The notes under the pieces: generated by a model | Seen by the model: only the letters and a program-made list of their open reading frames with translations | Databases searched by the model: none | What the model was told of the DNA's origin: nothing | Part shown: positions 24,690-37,895 of the stretch, in pieces | How the letters are laid out: each line of letters opens with the position of its first letter | Numbering within the stretch: position 1 is the first letter of the stretch | Translations under genes and position numbers: made by a program | Assembly (NCBI GenBank): GCA_013265495.1 | Contig: MU061579.1 | Location: 6,610,124-6,674,123, forward strand | DNA length: 64,000 bases | Direction of reading: 5' to 3' | DNA from: Vicugna vicugna | Lineage: Eukaryota

Positions 24690-27145
24690 TAAAAGCATCC
24701 AACTAAGTCCAACACTCATTCATAATAAAAACTCTCAGTAAACTAAGAATAGAGGGGAACTTCCTCAACTGGATAAAGAATGTCTACAAAAAAAAAAAAA
24801 CCCTATAGCTAACATCATACTTAATGGTGAAAACTCAAAGTTTCCTTGCTAAAATCAGGAGTAAGTCTAGAATGCACACTTTTACCACTCCTTTTCAACA
24901 TTGTTCTGGAAAGTCCTAGCTAATGCAATAAGATAAGAAAAGGAAATAAAAGGTATTGGGAAGGAAGAAATACAACTCCTTTGTTTGCAGATGACATAAT
25001 TGTGTATGTAGAAATTTGAAAGATTAGACAAAAAAAAACTTCTGGAACTAATAAGGAATTATAGCAAAGTTTCAATCTACAAGATTAATATACAAAGGCA
25101 ATTACTTTCCTATATACCAGCAATGGACAAATAGGATTGGAAATGAAAAACAAGTTACCATTACATCAGCACCCCCAAAGAATGAAATGTTTATATATAA
25201 ATATAACAAAATATTTACAAGATATACGTCAAGAAAACTACAAAACTCTGATAAAAGAAATTTAAAAATACCTAAATTGAGATATATTCTGTGTTCTCAG
25301 ACAGTAAAATTCAATATAGTTAAGATGTCAGTTCTTCCCAGCTTGATCTGTAGATTCAACACACTAACAATCAAAATCTCAACAAGTTATTTTGTGGATA
25401 TTAACACATTCTAATGTTTATATAGCCTATAGAGAGAGGCAAAAGACCCAGAATAGCCAACAAAATATTAAAGGAAAAAAGGAAAAGGAACAAAGTTAGA
25501 AGACTGACAACACCTGGTTTCAAGTCTTATTATAAAACCATAGTAATCAACACAATGTGGTACTGGCAAAAGAATAGACAAATAGATCAATGGAACAGAA
25601 TAGAGAGCCCAGAAATAGACCAACATAAATATAAGTAACTGATCTTTGACGGAGGAGCAAAGGCAATACAATGGGCCAAACACAGTCCTTTTAACAAATA
25701 GTGCTGAAACAACTGAAAATCCACAGGCAAAAAAAGAGTGAATTCAGATACAAACCCTATACTATTCGCAAAAATTAACTCAAAATATAACACTGAACCA
25801 AATGCAAACACAAAACTATGAAACTCCTAGAAGACAACATAAGAGAAAACCTAGATGACACTGGGTATGATGATGACTTTTTAGACACAACACAAAGGCA
25901 GAATGCATGAAAGAAATAATAGGTCAGGTGGACTTCATTAAAATTGGAAATTTCTACTCTTTGAAAGACACTGACAAGAGACTACAAACATAAGCCACGA
26001 CCTGGGAGAAAGTATTTACAAGAGATACATCTGATAAAGAACCCTTAAAACTCAACAAAGAGGAAACAAACAACCTGATTAAAAAATTGGCCAAAGACAT
26101 TAACAGACACCTCACCAAAGAAGATATACAGACACCAAATAAGCATGGGAAAAGATGTTTCACATTACATGTCATATGGAAAATGCAAATTGAAGCAATG
26201 AGATTCATTACACATTTAGGAGAACGGTCAAAATCCAGAACACTGACAACACGAAATGCTGGTGAGGATGGGGAATAATAGGAACTCTCATTCATTGGTG
26301 GTAGTAGAAATGAAAAATGGTACAGTCACCTTGGAAGACAATTTGGCAGTATCCTACAAAACTAAATATATACCATACAATCAAGCAATCACATTCTTTA
26401 GCATTTACCTGAATGAGTTGAAATCTGATGTCCACAGAAAAATCTAAACACAGATGTTTATAGCAGTTTGTTCATAATTGCCAAAACTTGGAAGCATCCA
26501 ATATGTTCTTCAGCAGGGGAATGGATAAACCGTAGTACATCCAGACAAGGAACATAATTTAGCACAAAAAGGAATGAGTTATCAAGCCATGAAAAGACAT
26601 AGAGGAATCTCAAATGTACATTACTAAGCAAAAGAAGCCAGTCATAAAAGGTTTCACACTATATTATTTCAAATATATAATGTTCTGGAAAAAGCAAAAA
26701 CAATGTAGATAATATAAAAATCAGTGGTTGCCAGGGGTTACAAGGGAGGATGGGATGAATAGGTGAAGCACAGAGAATTGGGAGTGGGAGGCAGTGAAAC
26801 GATTCTGTATGATACTACAATGGAGGATATATGTCATTATACATTTGTTAAAACCCACAGAATGTACAACATCAAGAATGTACCCTAATGTAAACTAAGG
26901 ACTTTGGATGATAATGATGTGTCAATATAGTATCCTTACTTCTCTGATGATGGTAGGTCCATCAATTGTAACAAGTGTTACAGTTCTTTTGCAGGATGTC
27001 AATAGTGAGAGAAGTTGTGCTTTGTTTGTGGGGGGTAGAGGGTATATGGGAACTCTGTACCTTCTGATCAGTTTTGCTTTGAAACTAAAACTGCTCTAAA
27101 AAATAAATTCTACTTAAAAGGAAAAAATAATTTTTAAATAAAAAA
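24690..27145 (+). mobile_element. L1MC1/2-type LINE, ORF2 3' half + 3'UTR
   Basis: tttgcagatgacataattgtgtatgtagaa (RT FADD), gatcaatggaacagaatagagagcccagaaatagac; 3'UTR accctaatgtaaactaaggactttgg...gggtatatgggaactctgtac...ctaaaactgctctaaaaaataaa. Confidence 0.9.
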
Positions 27146-28559
27146 ATATGATCTTCATTTGAAAACATTACTTAAGACGATTCTCAGGCACTAAACATTG
27201 AGAATCACCTACCTATGTTTTGGGATGAAGTCATAAGAGAAATTTTATGCCCACCTTTTCAAAATATGAGAAACCAGGAATGCAAGTCAGTCTCTAAATC
27301 ATAACTTTTTAAAATAGAAAAAGGAGTATAATTCACAAGTCCACAAGCCATTCCTAACTTTTTGCTCTACTCCTAAGAGACCATCTAATGATCTGAACCT
27401 CTACCCTAGCCTGGCTATGATATGCACAGAAAAATATTTGTATGAATTAATTAATTAATAGACACTGCCTCCTATTTGGAGACCATTTCTAAAATTTGAG
27501 CTGTGCTATTTAAGAAAAAAGAATCCCCACCTGTGGGAACTGGATTTCTAATTTCACATCTGTTAAAATCCAAATAGGATTACTTTATTCTATTTATGCC
27601 AACTGCATTAGTCCCCTCATAGGAAAATATCTCATAAATCCCTAACAATCTTTTAACAATCCACTAGAAAATTATTTTAGTTTCTGGAATTTCTTATTTG
27701 TGTTAGAATTCAATTTGCTATAAGCATGTTCTCATTATGCTGAAAGATAATACTTCGTCTATTGGAGTTGTCTTTCAAAATCTTCGAAGTAATGTGATTT
27801 TTAAGATACATACAGTTAATTTTGGAGAATGAATCCTTTCCACAAGACTTACATGGATTTAACATTTTCTGATTTGAATTAATTGTTGTCTCTCCATTTT
27901 CCAGTGCCAACATATACCACTGAAGGGAAAACTCACCCTTCTATGTAAAGCCTCTACTGTGAAGTTTCATGTATCATGACAAATGGTAAATTAATACATT
28001 TTGGCCTAATTTTAGATTAATAAGTTCTGCCTATGTCAAGGGAAACTTACTGTATGCTCCTGATATAAACAGAGTATAGGGCAAAAGAATATGACATTCA
28101 ACCAAGCTGTCTTTATCTGTCATGCCTGAGGGAATGGTCACATAAAAGAGATGTAGTCTCAAGGTGATCATGTCATAAAGAAGGCTCAGGACACTTGTTC
28201 TAATATAAAATCAGCCATGGGATGTGTTCACTTGACAGCTCACCCCATGAGACTAATTCACAAGATGCAGAGTGAATGATATGTGAAAACTAACTTTACT
28301 ATCTTTACTGAGCCCTGGTAAAAGAACAAAGGAAAACAATGTATAGATATATTAAGTTAAGCCAAGAGAAAAACAGAAGAGTCATACTGAGAGAATCTGT
28401 GTGTTTAAATATGGATGTATACACACATGGGTATATATATTTTTGTGTTTTATATAATACATGTGTATTATTTGGTATATACATTATGTACCATATATTA
28501 TTAAATATATCATTATATAATGTATATATTGAGTTGTTTTACTGAGATCTGTAAGACTG

Positions 28560-29380
28560 AGAGATCTAAATTCCAATATGGCAAATCTCTCAGTAAAAGA
28601 TGGCTAAAGAAGCAGACAGTTCACAAAAAAAAGGAAAAAAAAAAGAAAAGAAAAGAAAGCTGAATGACTAATGAATATTTGAGAAGACATTCAACTTTAT
28701 CAGCAATCAAAAATGCAAACAAAAATAAGAACCATTTTACTGATAACACTGGTGAAAAGAAAAAAAATATGATAGCAAGTTTTGGTAAAACTGAAGGGAA
28801 ATTGGAATTCCCATAAATGCTACTGGAATATAAATGGGCTTGACCACTGTGCAAAGCAGTTTGGAAGAAGCAGTATCTGTACCCTCAACATAGAAATTGT
28901 GCTGATAAACAGCCTGGAAGGAACTTACCCGGAGCTATGTAAAAAGTTGTTCACTGCAGAATTATTTTTAACACTTAAAGTTGTAAATAATCTAAATTTC
29001 ATCAACAGAGAGAAAAAATAAATGTAAGTATTTTCAAACACTAGACATCTGATCCAGATCTATTTAAATGTCTATGTTAATAGATGTCAAAACAATGAGT
29101 GTGAATGAACAAAGTAAGTTGCAGAATATGTATACCATAATTCAGTTACATGTAGATTTTCAAAAACGATTTAAAGCAGTATTTCCTGTGAGTATACATA
29201 TATTTCTTTCATATAAAAACAAGGTGGAGATACATATTTAGTATATATCAATATGTATACTAAATCCATGGCAATGGATGATTCTGGGTAGATGGAGGAA
29301 AGGGATAGGAATATCACTGAGATGAGAGGCAGAGGGACTTCATCTTAGTTTGTAATGCTTTAATTCTTTTACTTCAAGAA
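28560..29380 (+). mobile_element. Ancient L1ME-type 3' region
   Basis: cagacagttcacaaaa, gaagacattcaac, gcagtttgga, ttgttcactgcagaattattt, aagtaagttgcagaata. Confidence 0.6.
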
Positions 29381-29387
29381 AGACAAA

Positions 29388-29680
29388 TCATCATAGACAT
29401 AGAGAACAAACTTATCTTTACCAGGGAGAAAGTCGGGGTGGAGGGATAAATTGGGAACTCAGGATTTGCAGATACTAACTACTATATATAAAATAGATAA
29501 ACACATGGTCCTATTCTATATCACAGGGAGTTATATTCAATATCTTATAATACCCTATAATGAAAAAGAATATGAAAAGGAATATAGATACGTATATATG
29601 TATAACTGAATCACTATGCTATACACCAGAAATTAACACAACATTGTAAACCCACCATACTTCAATAAAAAGAAAAAAGA
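29388..29680 (+). mobile_element. Younger L1 3'UTR fragment (related to 23655-24135)
   Basis: catagacatagagaacaaactta...gggataaattggga...cagatactaactactatatataaaatagataaac...gctatacaccagaaattaacacaacattgtaa...atacttcaataaaaa. Confidence 0.85.
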
Positions 29681-30303
29681 TTTGACACTGAAAAAAATCA
29701 AATATACCTGAGTATTAGGAAGAATTAATTCTGGAGAGTGTACATGGTTTTTTATTATTTTATATATTGTACTCTTTTTTTAATGTTTTAAAAATAGAAA
29801 TGTTATATTTGAGGAAATATAAGCATGATAGTAGATGAACGAAGACATGAATTCATCTTTGAATCTGTCTCATAATTTTCTTGATTATTGGAATAGTATC
29901 TCAAAAGTGAATTTACGTTTCAAAATATGAATTTCTGTATCAGTGCTCTGGATAATTCTTATCCATTTCCTTGGAAGAAGTGGAAAATATTGTAAATTAG
30001 TAAGTTTACATTACTGAAAATGTGAAACAATGCTAGTATCAGACTACAAGTATAATTAATTTTTGTATATTGGGTAAAATAGTATCCAGCCCTGCGCAGC
30101 ATATAATTTTTTTAAAAAAGAGGCTAATCTAGTAGAGTATATAATCCCAGAATTACTACCTAGGTTCAACTTATAAAATTACAGACTAAGATTTTAACCA
30201 TAATCCCCTCTTCTATGTTATTAATTGAAGCAATAGTTTCCATTATTTTAAACTGTGCACTTAATCAGTTAAAAAGTAAACTAAAGAGTATTTACCTCCA
30301 GAA

Positions 30304-30467
30304 TCTTAAGTCTGTTTGAACTTCTCTAACAAATACCACAGACTGGATAGTTTATAAAGAACATAAATTTATTTCTTACAGTTCTAGAGCCAGGAAGTCC
30401 AAGACTAAAGTGCCAGCAACTTCAGTGTCTGGTGAGAGTGGCTATCTGGTTCACAGATGGTATTTTT
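30304..30467 (-). mobile_element. MLT1A solo LTR, left part (split by L1)
   Basis: taacaaataccacagactgg...atttatttcttacagttctagagccaggaagtccaagactaaagtgccagca...tctggtgagag...ggttcacagatgg. Confidence 0.85.
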
Positions 30468-31676
30468 CAAATTGAAGTATAGCTGATTTACAATATTACA
30501 TCAGTTTCAAGTGTATAGCATAGTGATTCAGTATTTTTACAAATTATATGCCATTATAAGTTATTACAAGATAATGGCTAAAATTCCCTGTGCTATACAA
30601 TATATTTTGGTTGTTTACCTCTTTTATACATAGTAGTTTGTATCTCTTAATCCCATATCCTTAATTTGCCCTAACCCATTGGTAACCACTAGTTTTCTAT
30701 AACTGAGTCTGTTTCTGTTTTGCATATACATGCATTTGTATTATTTTTAGATTCCACATGTAAATGATACTACACAGTATTTGTCTTTATCTAACTTATT
30801 TCACTAAGCATAGTATTCTCTAGGTCAATGCATATTGCTGCAAGTGGCAGCATTTCATTGTTTTTTATGGCTGAATAATACTCCACTGTATATGTACACC
30901 ACATCTTCTTTATCCATTCATCTGTTGATGGACACTTAAGTTGCTTCTACATCTTGGCTATTGTAAATAATGCTGCTATGAACATTGGGGTGCACGTAAC
31001 TTTCCAAATTAGTATTTTTTTTTCAGACATATACCTGGAGTGGAAATGCTGGATCATATAGTAGCTTTATTTTTAGTTTTCTGAGGATCTTCCAAACTGT
31101 TTTTCACAGTGGCCGCACCAATTTACATCCCTACCAACAGTGTACAAGGGTTCCCTTTTCTCCACATCCTCTCCAACATCTGTTATTTGTAGCCTTTTTA
31201 TAACAGACATATTGGCAGGTTTGAGGTGATATCCCACTACTATTTTAATTTGCATTTCTCCAATAATTAGTGCTGTTGAGCATCTTTTCATGTGCCTATT
31301 TGCCATCTGTATGTCTTCTTTGGAAAAATGTCTATGTAGGTCTTCTGCCCATTTATTTTTTATTTGGTTTCTTATTTTTTATATTGAGTTGTATGAGCTG
31401 TTTATATATTTTGGATATTAATCCATCATTGGTCATATCAAGCAAATATTCTCTCCCATTCCGTAGGCTGTATTTTTGTTTTGTCAGAGGTTACCTTTGC
31501 TGTGCCAAAGCTTTTAAGTTTAATTAGGTTTCATTTGTTTATTTTTGCTTTTATTTCTTTTGCATTAGAAAACAGATTCAAAAAAATACTGCTATGATTT
31601 AAAGACCTAAACATATGAACTGAAACCACAAAACTACTAGAAGACAACATAGATGGAACACTCTGACATGAATTAT
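30468..31676 (-). mobile_element. L1 with 5' inversion (twin priming), inserted in MLT1A
   Basis: Antisense L1 3'UTR/ORF2 at 30468-31600, then a sense-oriented ORF2 piece at 31601-31676; diverged TSD agatggtattttt (30455-30467) / agatcgcattttt (31677-31689). Confidence 0.9.
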
Positions 31677-31866
31677 AGATCGCATTTTTTTCACTGTGTC
31701 TTCACATGATAGAAGGAGTAAGAGATCTCTCTGGGAACTCTTTTATCAGAGCACTAATCACCTCCCAAAGGACTTACCTCAATACCATCACCTTGGTGGT
31801 TAGGATTTCAACATACGAATTTGTGGGAAGGAAAGGGGAGGGACATAAACATTTAGTGCATTACAC
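31677..31866 (-). mobile_element. MLT1A solo LTR, right part
   Basis: cactgtgtcttcacatgatagaagg...ctaatcacctcccaaagg...aataccatcaccttggtggttaggatttcaacatacgaattt...aaacatttagt. Confidence 0.85.
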
Positions 31867-33195
31867 CCAGTTTGTTTGTTTGTTCACTTATAATTTATAT
31901 ACAATGTGCTGTTGTCAATTTGTATTAAATATTAGAAAAATCTGAGTTTCTTTCTTATCTTTACATATAGAAGTTCCAGTAATCTCATCCTGAACATGCT
32001 AATGAATCATCTCTCATTGTACTTTGGAGACAACAGGACTATACAAGTGTAAAATAAATAAATTTATTTTTGTCCATTATGCTTTTTAATCTGGCTCCAT
32101 GGAAACTGTTCAACTATGTCCCTTTTCTCTTTTGATCTCTATTGCTACTAGTAGTTAGCACTTACTACTCCACATCAAAGCTGGTGTATTTTAGCCACTA
32201 GTTTGCCCACCCCTCCATCAGTATGACTCCCTGAGTATATGGGTCGTGTCTATTGTATTTACTATTGAACCCCCATCACGCAATACAGGGACTAGGTGGG
32301 TACTCCTTAAAACTTTTTTGAGAGAATGAATGAATCTTAAGTTATATGTTTACAGGGAATATTTTAAAAATATGGATGGGTGATTTCTTTTAAATGTACA
32401 TTCAGATTTACTGCAACATGTGTTTTATCCTTTGACCATCTCATAATGTGCTTCTATATTACATGTGGACTTCTTTAAACTGAAGGTGAGAACAACAGGA
32501 AAAGTAGCCAGATATTTACCGGTGAGATGTGTCTGGTTTCTGGTCAAACAGAATCGAAAGCACTGAAATCTTGGGTTCAGGTCAGGTAAGATGATTCTTC
32601 ACACTTTCCCAAACCCTGAATTTCTGAATCTAGCAGGAACTTTTCAGATTACAGATGACTCCTAGCTATTCAAGGATCCTTCAGTACTTCTTTGGTGACA
32701 TGTGTATGTCCAAGACTGTGCCAAAGTCAAAGCTATATGAACAAAAGCATGTTCTCTCATGTAGGATTTCAAGATAGTCATTCTTACAAGAAATATGGTA
32801 AGAAAAGTGCACTCAATTTTCTCAATGCTCAGTGCTGAGACTGATTTGTGATTTTTTTTCAATGTAGGTGGAGTAAATAAACAGCCATGAACTCAATTGT
32901 CCCTGAGAAGAGTGAATGGAACTGAAAGACAACTATCTAGGCTGCTAAGACCAAATCTTCAACCAAATTTCAGGAGAAGAAGCCAGGGATAAGTTTATAT
33001 TTTTAAATGGATTATAAGATTTTTGGAAAATTCATTATTTTTCCTCTTTGATCAGCTTCTTTTGGTTTTAGTCACTACTTTCTTGAGGACAGTGCAAACA
33101 CATTAAAAGAAGCTTTTTCTACATGTGGCCTTTTATTCCTAAGTATCTATAAAAAGAAAGTATACTTCTGAATAAATTGATTGTAATTATATGTA

Positions 33196-33330
33196 CAGTG
33201 GGCAACTCACAGCCGTGGCTGCAGAACCCACGGATACAAATGGCCGGCTGTAAGGGACTTGAGCATCTACAGATTTTGGTATCCACAGGGGTCCTGGAAC
33301 CATTCCCCTGCGGATGGCAAGGAGCCACTG
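33196..33330 (-). mobile_element. MER2/Tigger-derived short MITE (Tc1/mariner, TA target)
   Basis: TA|cagt...actg|TA; reverse complement begins like the MER2 5' end (ggttccaggacccctgtggataccaaaatctgtagatgctcaagtccctta). Confidence 0.8.
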
Positions 33331-34444
33331 TAGTCTGATAAAAAAAGAAAAAAATGTACCATCTTGACAATGTAATATATAGAAAACTAAATGAGTTTTC
33401 CAGTTATGTTTAACAAAATTTGATTCTTGTTTTTGACTTCTGCAGATAATGAAGAAAAATGCATTTATGTTTTTTCTTTCCTCCACTTATTTATTTATTT
33501 TGTCACCATTTAGTTAGTGTGTTCTACATAGCTAATCTAACCCCTGTTTAATTCCTGAAGTAACTGAAGAGTGAAGTATCCAGGCAGGGTAGGGTGGTGG
33601 TGAGGTGGAAAGACACATGGTGCGGGTGGATTGTCCTATGAGATACTGCTCTGACCCTAACCTGGAGATTGTAGGATGGAAAATAGGAGCCCAGCAATGC
33701 AAAAATAAAGTTATGAACCTGTCACACAGCATCAACTTTCTATATTTCATCCTACTGAAAACTCTATCTGGTTATTTATCTCACATGGAAATCATTGGGA
33801 AGTCAAGCCCAAAACTTTCACATCACAGCTCTGTGCCTACTGCTTCAGAAGACACATCCCTTGCCATTGGGAAGGATTACTGTATTCAGTAACAGTGTTT
33901 ACACCAGAATCTGTCTCACCTCCTACTGTCTCGAGATAGGGTGTGGTGACATATAAGACTAGCAAGTGAGTAAACATGTCATTTTCTCAATCAGCCTTCC
34001 CCTGGGGGAGTCCTGAGCTTGGCAACACATGGGATATTTACCAGATCTATGGACATTTGCCTATACTTCAAAGAAAGGTACTTTTTCTCTTTGCATTTTA
34101 CCAAACAGAATCCAGTTATAAATCCATATGCTCAAGGAATTCTGAAAATAATTGTGTCCAAAATGTAATTGTATATATTCAGAATGTCCTTACATCTTTA
34201 TGGTCAGTTTCAACACTCTAGTCAGGACACTTTTAATTCTACTCTTTATGCTTTAATGTCTCTACCCTGGAATTCTTATGAGTAACAAAAAGGTATAAGG
34301 GGGTAGTGAATAAGATCACAGACTCCTGTACAGTTGGCTACCACATTATTGACCCATATGAATGAGTTCTAATACACCAAATTTGGCTTAGCAGTAATCA
34401 GCTGACTAGCAATGATTTGAAGATCTTACATGCTAGAGCTTCTT

Positions 34445-34728
34445 CATCAAATGGTACCTCATCAGATAGGTCTTTTCTGGTTATCTTATCTAATGAAGCA
34501 TCTTGTTATTCTCTGTCCCCTTGCCTTATTTATGTTTGTTTATAGCATTTATAATACTCAACATGGTAAATAAATTTTTTCATTTATTTGTGTATTACTG
34601 GCCTTCCCCCAGCAGAATATAAGTATCATGACAGACAAGACTCTATTTTGTTTATTGTTGGATCCCCAACATCCAGAACAGAATCTGACACAAAACAGTG
34701 CTCAATACAACCATGCTGAATGAATAAA
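34445..34728 (+). mobile_element. L2 3' end
   Basis: aaatggtacctcatcagatagg...agaatataagtatcatga...cagtgctcaataca...tgctgaatgaat. Confidence 0.7.
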
Positions 34729-34779
34729 GGCTTGGGGCCATGGCCTCCCATCTAGGATTCGCATGTACCATCATACCCC

Positions 34780-35065
34780 ATATGTAGTTGGATGCAGGCT
34801 ACCAAGTTCTGCCCAAAATATGTCAACAGAAGTGATCTGCAAGCATCCAAGTCTCTCCATCTCTTTTCTCCTTCTACAGGCTAGAACTTGGAATCATGGA
34901 TAAGCCTTCTCTGATTACCTGGATGGTGAAAATGCAACAACAGAGAAGGAATCAGGTCCTTGAATGACCTCAGGAAGCAGAGTCACTTACCCACCTTTGA
35001 CCAGCAGCCTTCCTGCCATCTGGGGGTCTTATTTTACAAAAGCTTGTCTAGTATCCTAACTAACA
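34780..35065 (+). mobile_element. Old MLT1 (J/K-like) LTR fragment
   Basis: aagttctgccc...cagaagtgat...ggtccttgaatgac...gcagagtcac...gggggtcttattttaca...atcctaactaaca. Confidence 0.55.
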
Positions 35066-35668
35066 TAAAGACCAAACTAAGACAGCTTTATTTAGCATGG
35101 AGGAGAGAAGAATGATTTTTGAGTTTTTGAAGAAATCAAATAACAAGACTGGGTAACTGATGGATTCCGGCAGGAGAGGGAGATGAAAGAATGGAAAATG
35201 ACCCTGAGGTTTTCAGCTTAGGGAGTGGGGATGAGGGTAATGCCATAAATCAAGTAAAAGATGGTTATATGAGGGAGGAGAATGAAACAATGACATGTTA
35301 TGAATATGTTAAGATGGAGCTGCCTCTGTGCCATCAGGGTAAAGATTTCCAATAAATTTTCTATTCACTGCTTCAACTAGAAAAGCTACAAGTGGATCTG
35401 TGATTTACACATTGGCCTTCAATATAAGATTTCATAGTTCTTTGCCTAAAAATAACTGTGTAGTTCATAGGAAAGGTAGAAATCTCTCATGCAGATAGAA
35501 ACAAAAATTCACAGATGATAGACAGATGTATTTATCTTACATTTATAGACACATAGACAATATATCTGCACTATTTACAAATAAAACACATATCTTGTCT
35601 TTTTGTTAGAGCAGACATTCATATTAGTTTACCACATTACTTGAATAAAGAATGCACATTTTAGGAGC

Positions 35669-36278
35669 TGAAGGAGGCAGTGAGCTAGGGAACTGAAACT
35701 AGAACCTGTTGCCTAGAGACTTCTTTAAAGGTTTAAAATTAACCTAAAGTTGGCCTTAGGTGAAAATTCTGCTTGAGTAGTGGAAAAAGCTCCCTCGCAG
35801 AACACAAAGCCCTGACATGATGTGATTTCTATTTCCATGTTGTTTGAGGAGCCCACTTGTTTGACTCGCTTGCTCAACCTAGCTTGACTACACTGTTTGA
35901 GGATGCCTGGTTACCTGATTCTGTTTTTGCAGAGTATTTGTTCCACAGAGCAGAACAAACTGGACAGCAAGCAGGAAAAGAGCAGTCAACGGAAGGAGAC
36001 AAGAAGCCACAAAGAAGACAGGTAAAAAGACCTAGCCAAGACCCATGTAGAAGTTCTTACATGAAGCCACCTGGGCTTACAAGCTCCCCCACTCGCATGT
36101 CTTTCTATTCGAGTGTCTTTTTCTCTTTTCCTGTTTTGAGCAATAAAGCTGCTTTCACTCTGCCCCTTTGTCTGCACTGAGAATTCTTTCACCACAGGAA
36201 AATAAGAACCCACTCTTTAGCGTCTTCCTTCTTTTAGGGGGATTCCTCCCTTTTAGGGGGCTTCCTCATTCACTAACA
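35669..36278 (+). mobile_element. ERV1-class solo LTR, 610 bp
   Basis: TG...CA termini, exact 4-bp TSD GAGC (35665-35668 and 36279-36282), AATAAA at 36142-36147 followed by U5-like gaattctttc...aagaaccc. Confidence 0.8.
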
Positions 36279-36579
36279 GAGCTGTGAGCATTCTGAAATG
36301 TTACTTAAATACCCATCACTCTAATTACAGGGAGTGCCTAGTTTCCCCAGAAAGTTTTTAAAAATCAGTATCTCTTCTTCTTAAACTTTCACTAAAGAAA
36401 TATCTCAACACATTTTTTAATGTTAAACTATGTTTAAATACTTTTTTAAAGTAGCAGTTTTTCCTTAAGATAGTCTTCATAACACAAAAATAGTGAAATA
36501 TCTCCTGCCTTACAAATTTCATCCATAAATGTATGCACTTGCACACACACTACACAATGCAAAAGCACATACACGCATG

Positions 36580-36600
36580 CACACACACACACACACACAC
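36580..36600. repeat. (CA)n microsatellite
   Basis: Directly visible. Confidence 0.9.
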
Positions 36601-37750
36601 CCTACAATAACCCCTGAAGTGAGATCAGTAGCATCAGGGACTTCAGCCTGAAAGCAAGACCTTTTACAGTCTCATTAACAAGAGAATAAAGATCTTTGGG
36701 GGAAAAAGTGCTTTTATAGCTCTCAAAAGTGTTATGATACACCGTAATGTGGCTGAGTTAATTGTGGCCCACCGAGCAAGGAACTTAATGAAGTCAGACA
36801 TGAGGGTTAATGGACATGTGGGTCTTTTGTCTGCTGCTGCTCTCCTGTTAAGGCCAAGAGCAACGAGATAACGAGAGAAGAGAAGGAAGCAATGTGGACA
36901 AAGCAGTCAGACCAGAGTAGACGTCTCCGGGCTACCAGATAATCACAACTGGAAAAGAGAATCTCTCTTCCACATCTGTGAAATAGGTCATCTACAACTG
37001 AGTCACACTATATTCTCTGTAAAGAAGGGTAGCTTTGTACTCCTAAAACAGAGGATAGGAATGGCTTAAAAACCAGTAGGAGTGCTTTTAGTATTCACAT
37101 TCAATGTTGCAAAGGACGGGGCAGTTGTGAAAGAAAATAGAGTATTCTTATTTTATTGTTCGTGTTTTGTTTTCCAATAAAAGTGAAATTGGGTAAAGGG
37201 TGAAGAAGCTTTACTGCTTTAAAGTGATTTTCCAAAGAAATTCAAGAGAATGGCACTTGAACATAGGCCATTATTCTCAAGACCTAGAGCTTGTTTTTGG
37301 AAACTGTCACCATAAATCACAAATGAATTTGGTGATGCTTGACATATCATAAGCAATGCCCATACGAGAAATTTTCTCCTATATCATTTTATTCCATCAA
37401 TAAATAGCCTCATTTATTCCTTCAAATGTAGAAATCTTTTTATTCATCACTTCTATACCATATCCTATTTCACCTCCTATCCTATATTATATCCTCCTGG
37501 AAAACTAGCTCATTGAGGCATGCTAGGTTTGAAGTTTGGAATATAAAAATAATCCATTTTCAACAAGGCAAGCAGTTTCTTCTTTAAAGTATAATTATGA
37601 AGTGTCTAAATGTATTTAAAATTAGGAATATTGCAAAGAGGCTCTTCAACTATTTAATTAGTTATATAAGAGAATAGATATGTGTTTTTACATAACCCTT
37701 CATGTTGCAGGAAATTCAATGACTGAAGTTGTAAACAAATCTTCATTTTA

Positions 37751-37895
37751 TTGTATTATTTAATTATTTTCTTTTGGCGGGGGAAGGTAATTAGGTTTAT
37801 TTATTTTTGGAGGGGGTACTGGGGATTGAACCCTGGACCTTGTGCCTGCTAAGCATGCTCTCTACCACTTGAGCTATACCCTACCCCTTCCCCAG
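37751..37895 (-). mobile_element. Full-length Vic-1-like tRNA-derived SINE (camelid)
   Basis: Reverse complement gggtatagctcaagtggtagagagcatgcttagc...gggttcaatccccagtacc...aaataaataaacctaattacc; perfect 15-bp TSD caaatcttcatttta at 37736-37750 and 37896-37910. Confidence 0.95.

Noticed and set aside
28045..28080. Minus-strand 9-nt microexon-like pattern (atatcAG GAGCATACA GTAAGT, exon 28051-28059)
   Set aside because: Weaker donor (ACA|GT) and no other support; it shows that such patterns can arise by chance.
32406..32485. Plus-strand 80-nt AG...GTGAGA exon-like segment
   Set aside because: Stops in all three frames and no other evidence.
35857..36180. 107 aa ORF
   Set aside because: Lies wholly within a solo LTR, has a non-ATG start and shows no gag/pol/env similarity.
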